Below are positions 25,300 to 25,309 of a stretch of 25,309 nucleotides of DNA, piece by piece (position 1 is the stretch's first letter; each line of letters begins with the position of its first letter). Location of the stretch: IMG/VR virus record IMGVR_UViG_3300020045_004787, positions 1-25,309 of that record. The stretch is one strand, 5' to 3'. The stretch is from a virus. Its lineage: Duplodnaviria > Caudoviricetes. The position numbers and the translations under genes are program-made. The notes beneath the pieces are model-generated. The model made no database searches and had not been told where the DNA came from. It saw nothing but the letters and a program-made list of their open reading frames with translations.

Positions 25300-25309
25300 T
25301 AGATACCAC

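Noticed and set aside
1-25309. Stop-codon recoding, or a diversity-generating retroelement
   Set aside because: Genes are full length in the standard code and end in TAA, TAG and TGA. No reverse transcriptase or TR/VR pair was seen.

Overview
Part of a tailed dsDNA phage or prophage: a podovirus-type virion module read right to left on the minus strand. Gene order is major capsid protein, probable decoration protein, head-tail adaptor, tail/structural proteins, a 677-aa ejection-type protein and a 3162-aa polyvalent protein. That giant protein has a metallopeptidase-like HExxxH motif, three ART-PolyVal-like modules and an LPD38-like C-terminus. Accessory elements are interleaved. (1) An intact zinc-finger/HNH/HTH endonuclease gene, with its own promoter and RBS, is nested antisense and in codon register inside the giant gene without breaking its frame. 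(2) Three leader RNAs share one architecture, with loop sequences that covary with two downstream target repeats. (3) A promoter-to-terminator cassette holds one tRNA(CAT) and three degenerate tRNA-like cloverleafs. (4) An opposite-strand cassette encodes a FimT/GspH-like pilin. (5) A DUF2829/Tad2-like gene lies between 20-bp direct repeats. (6) There is a free-standing GIY-YIG/AP2 endonuclease. All family names come from recognising motifs by eye, not from database searches.
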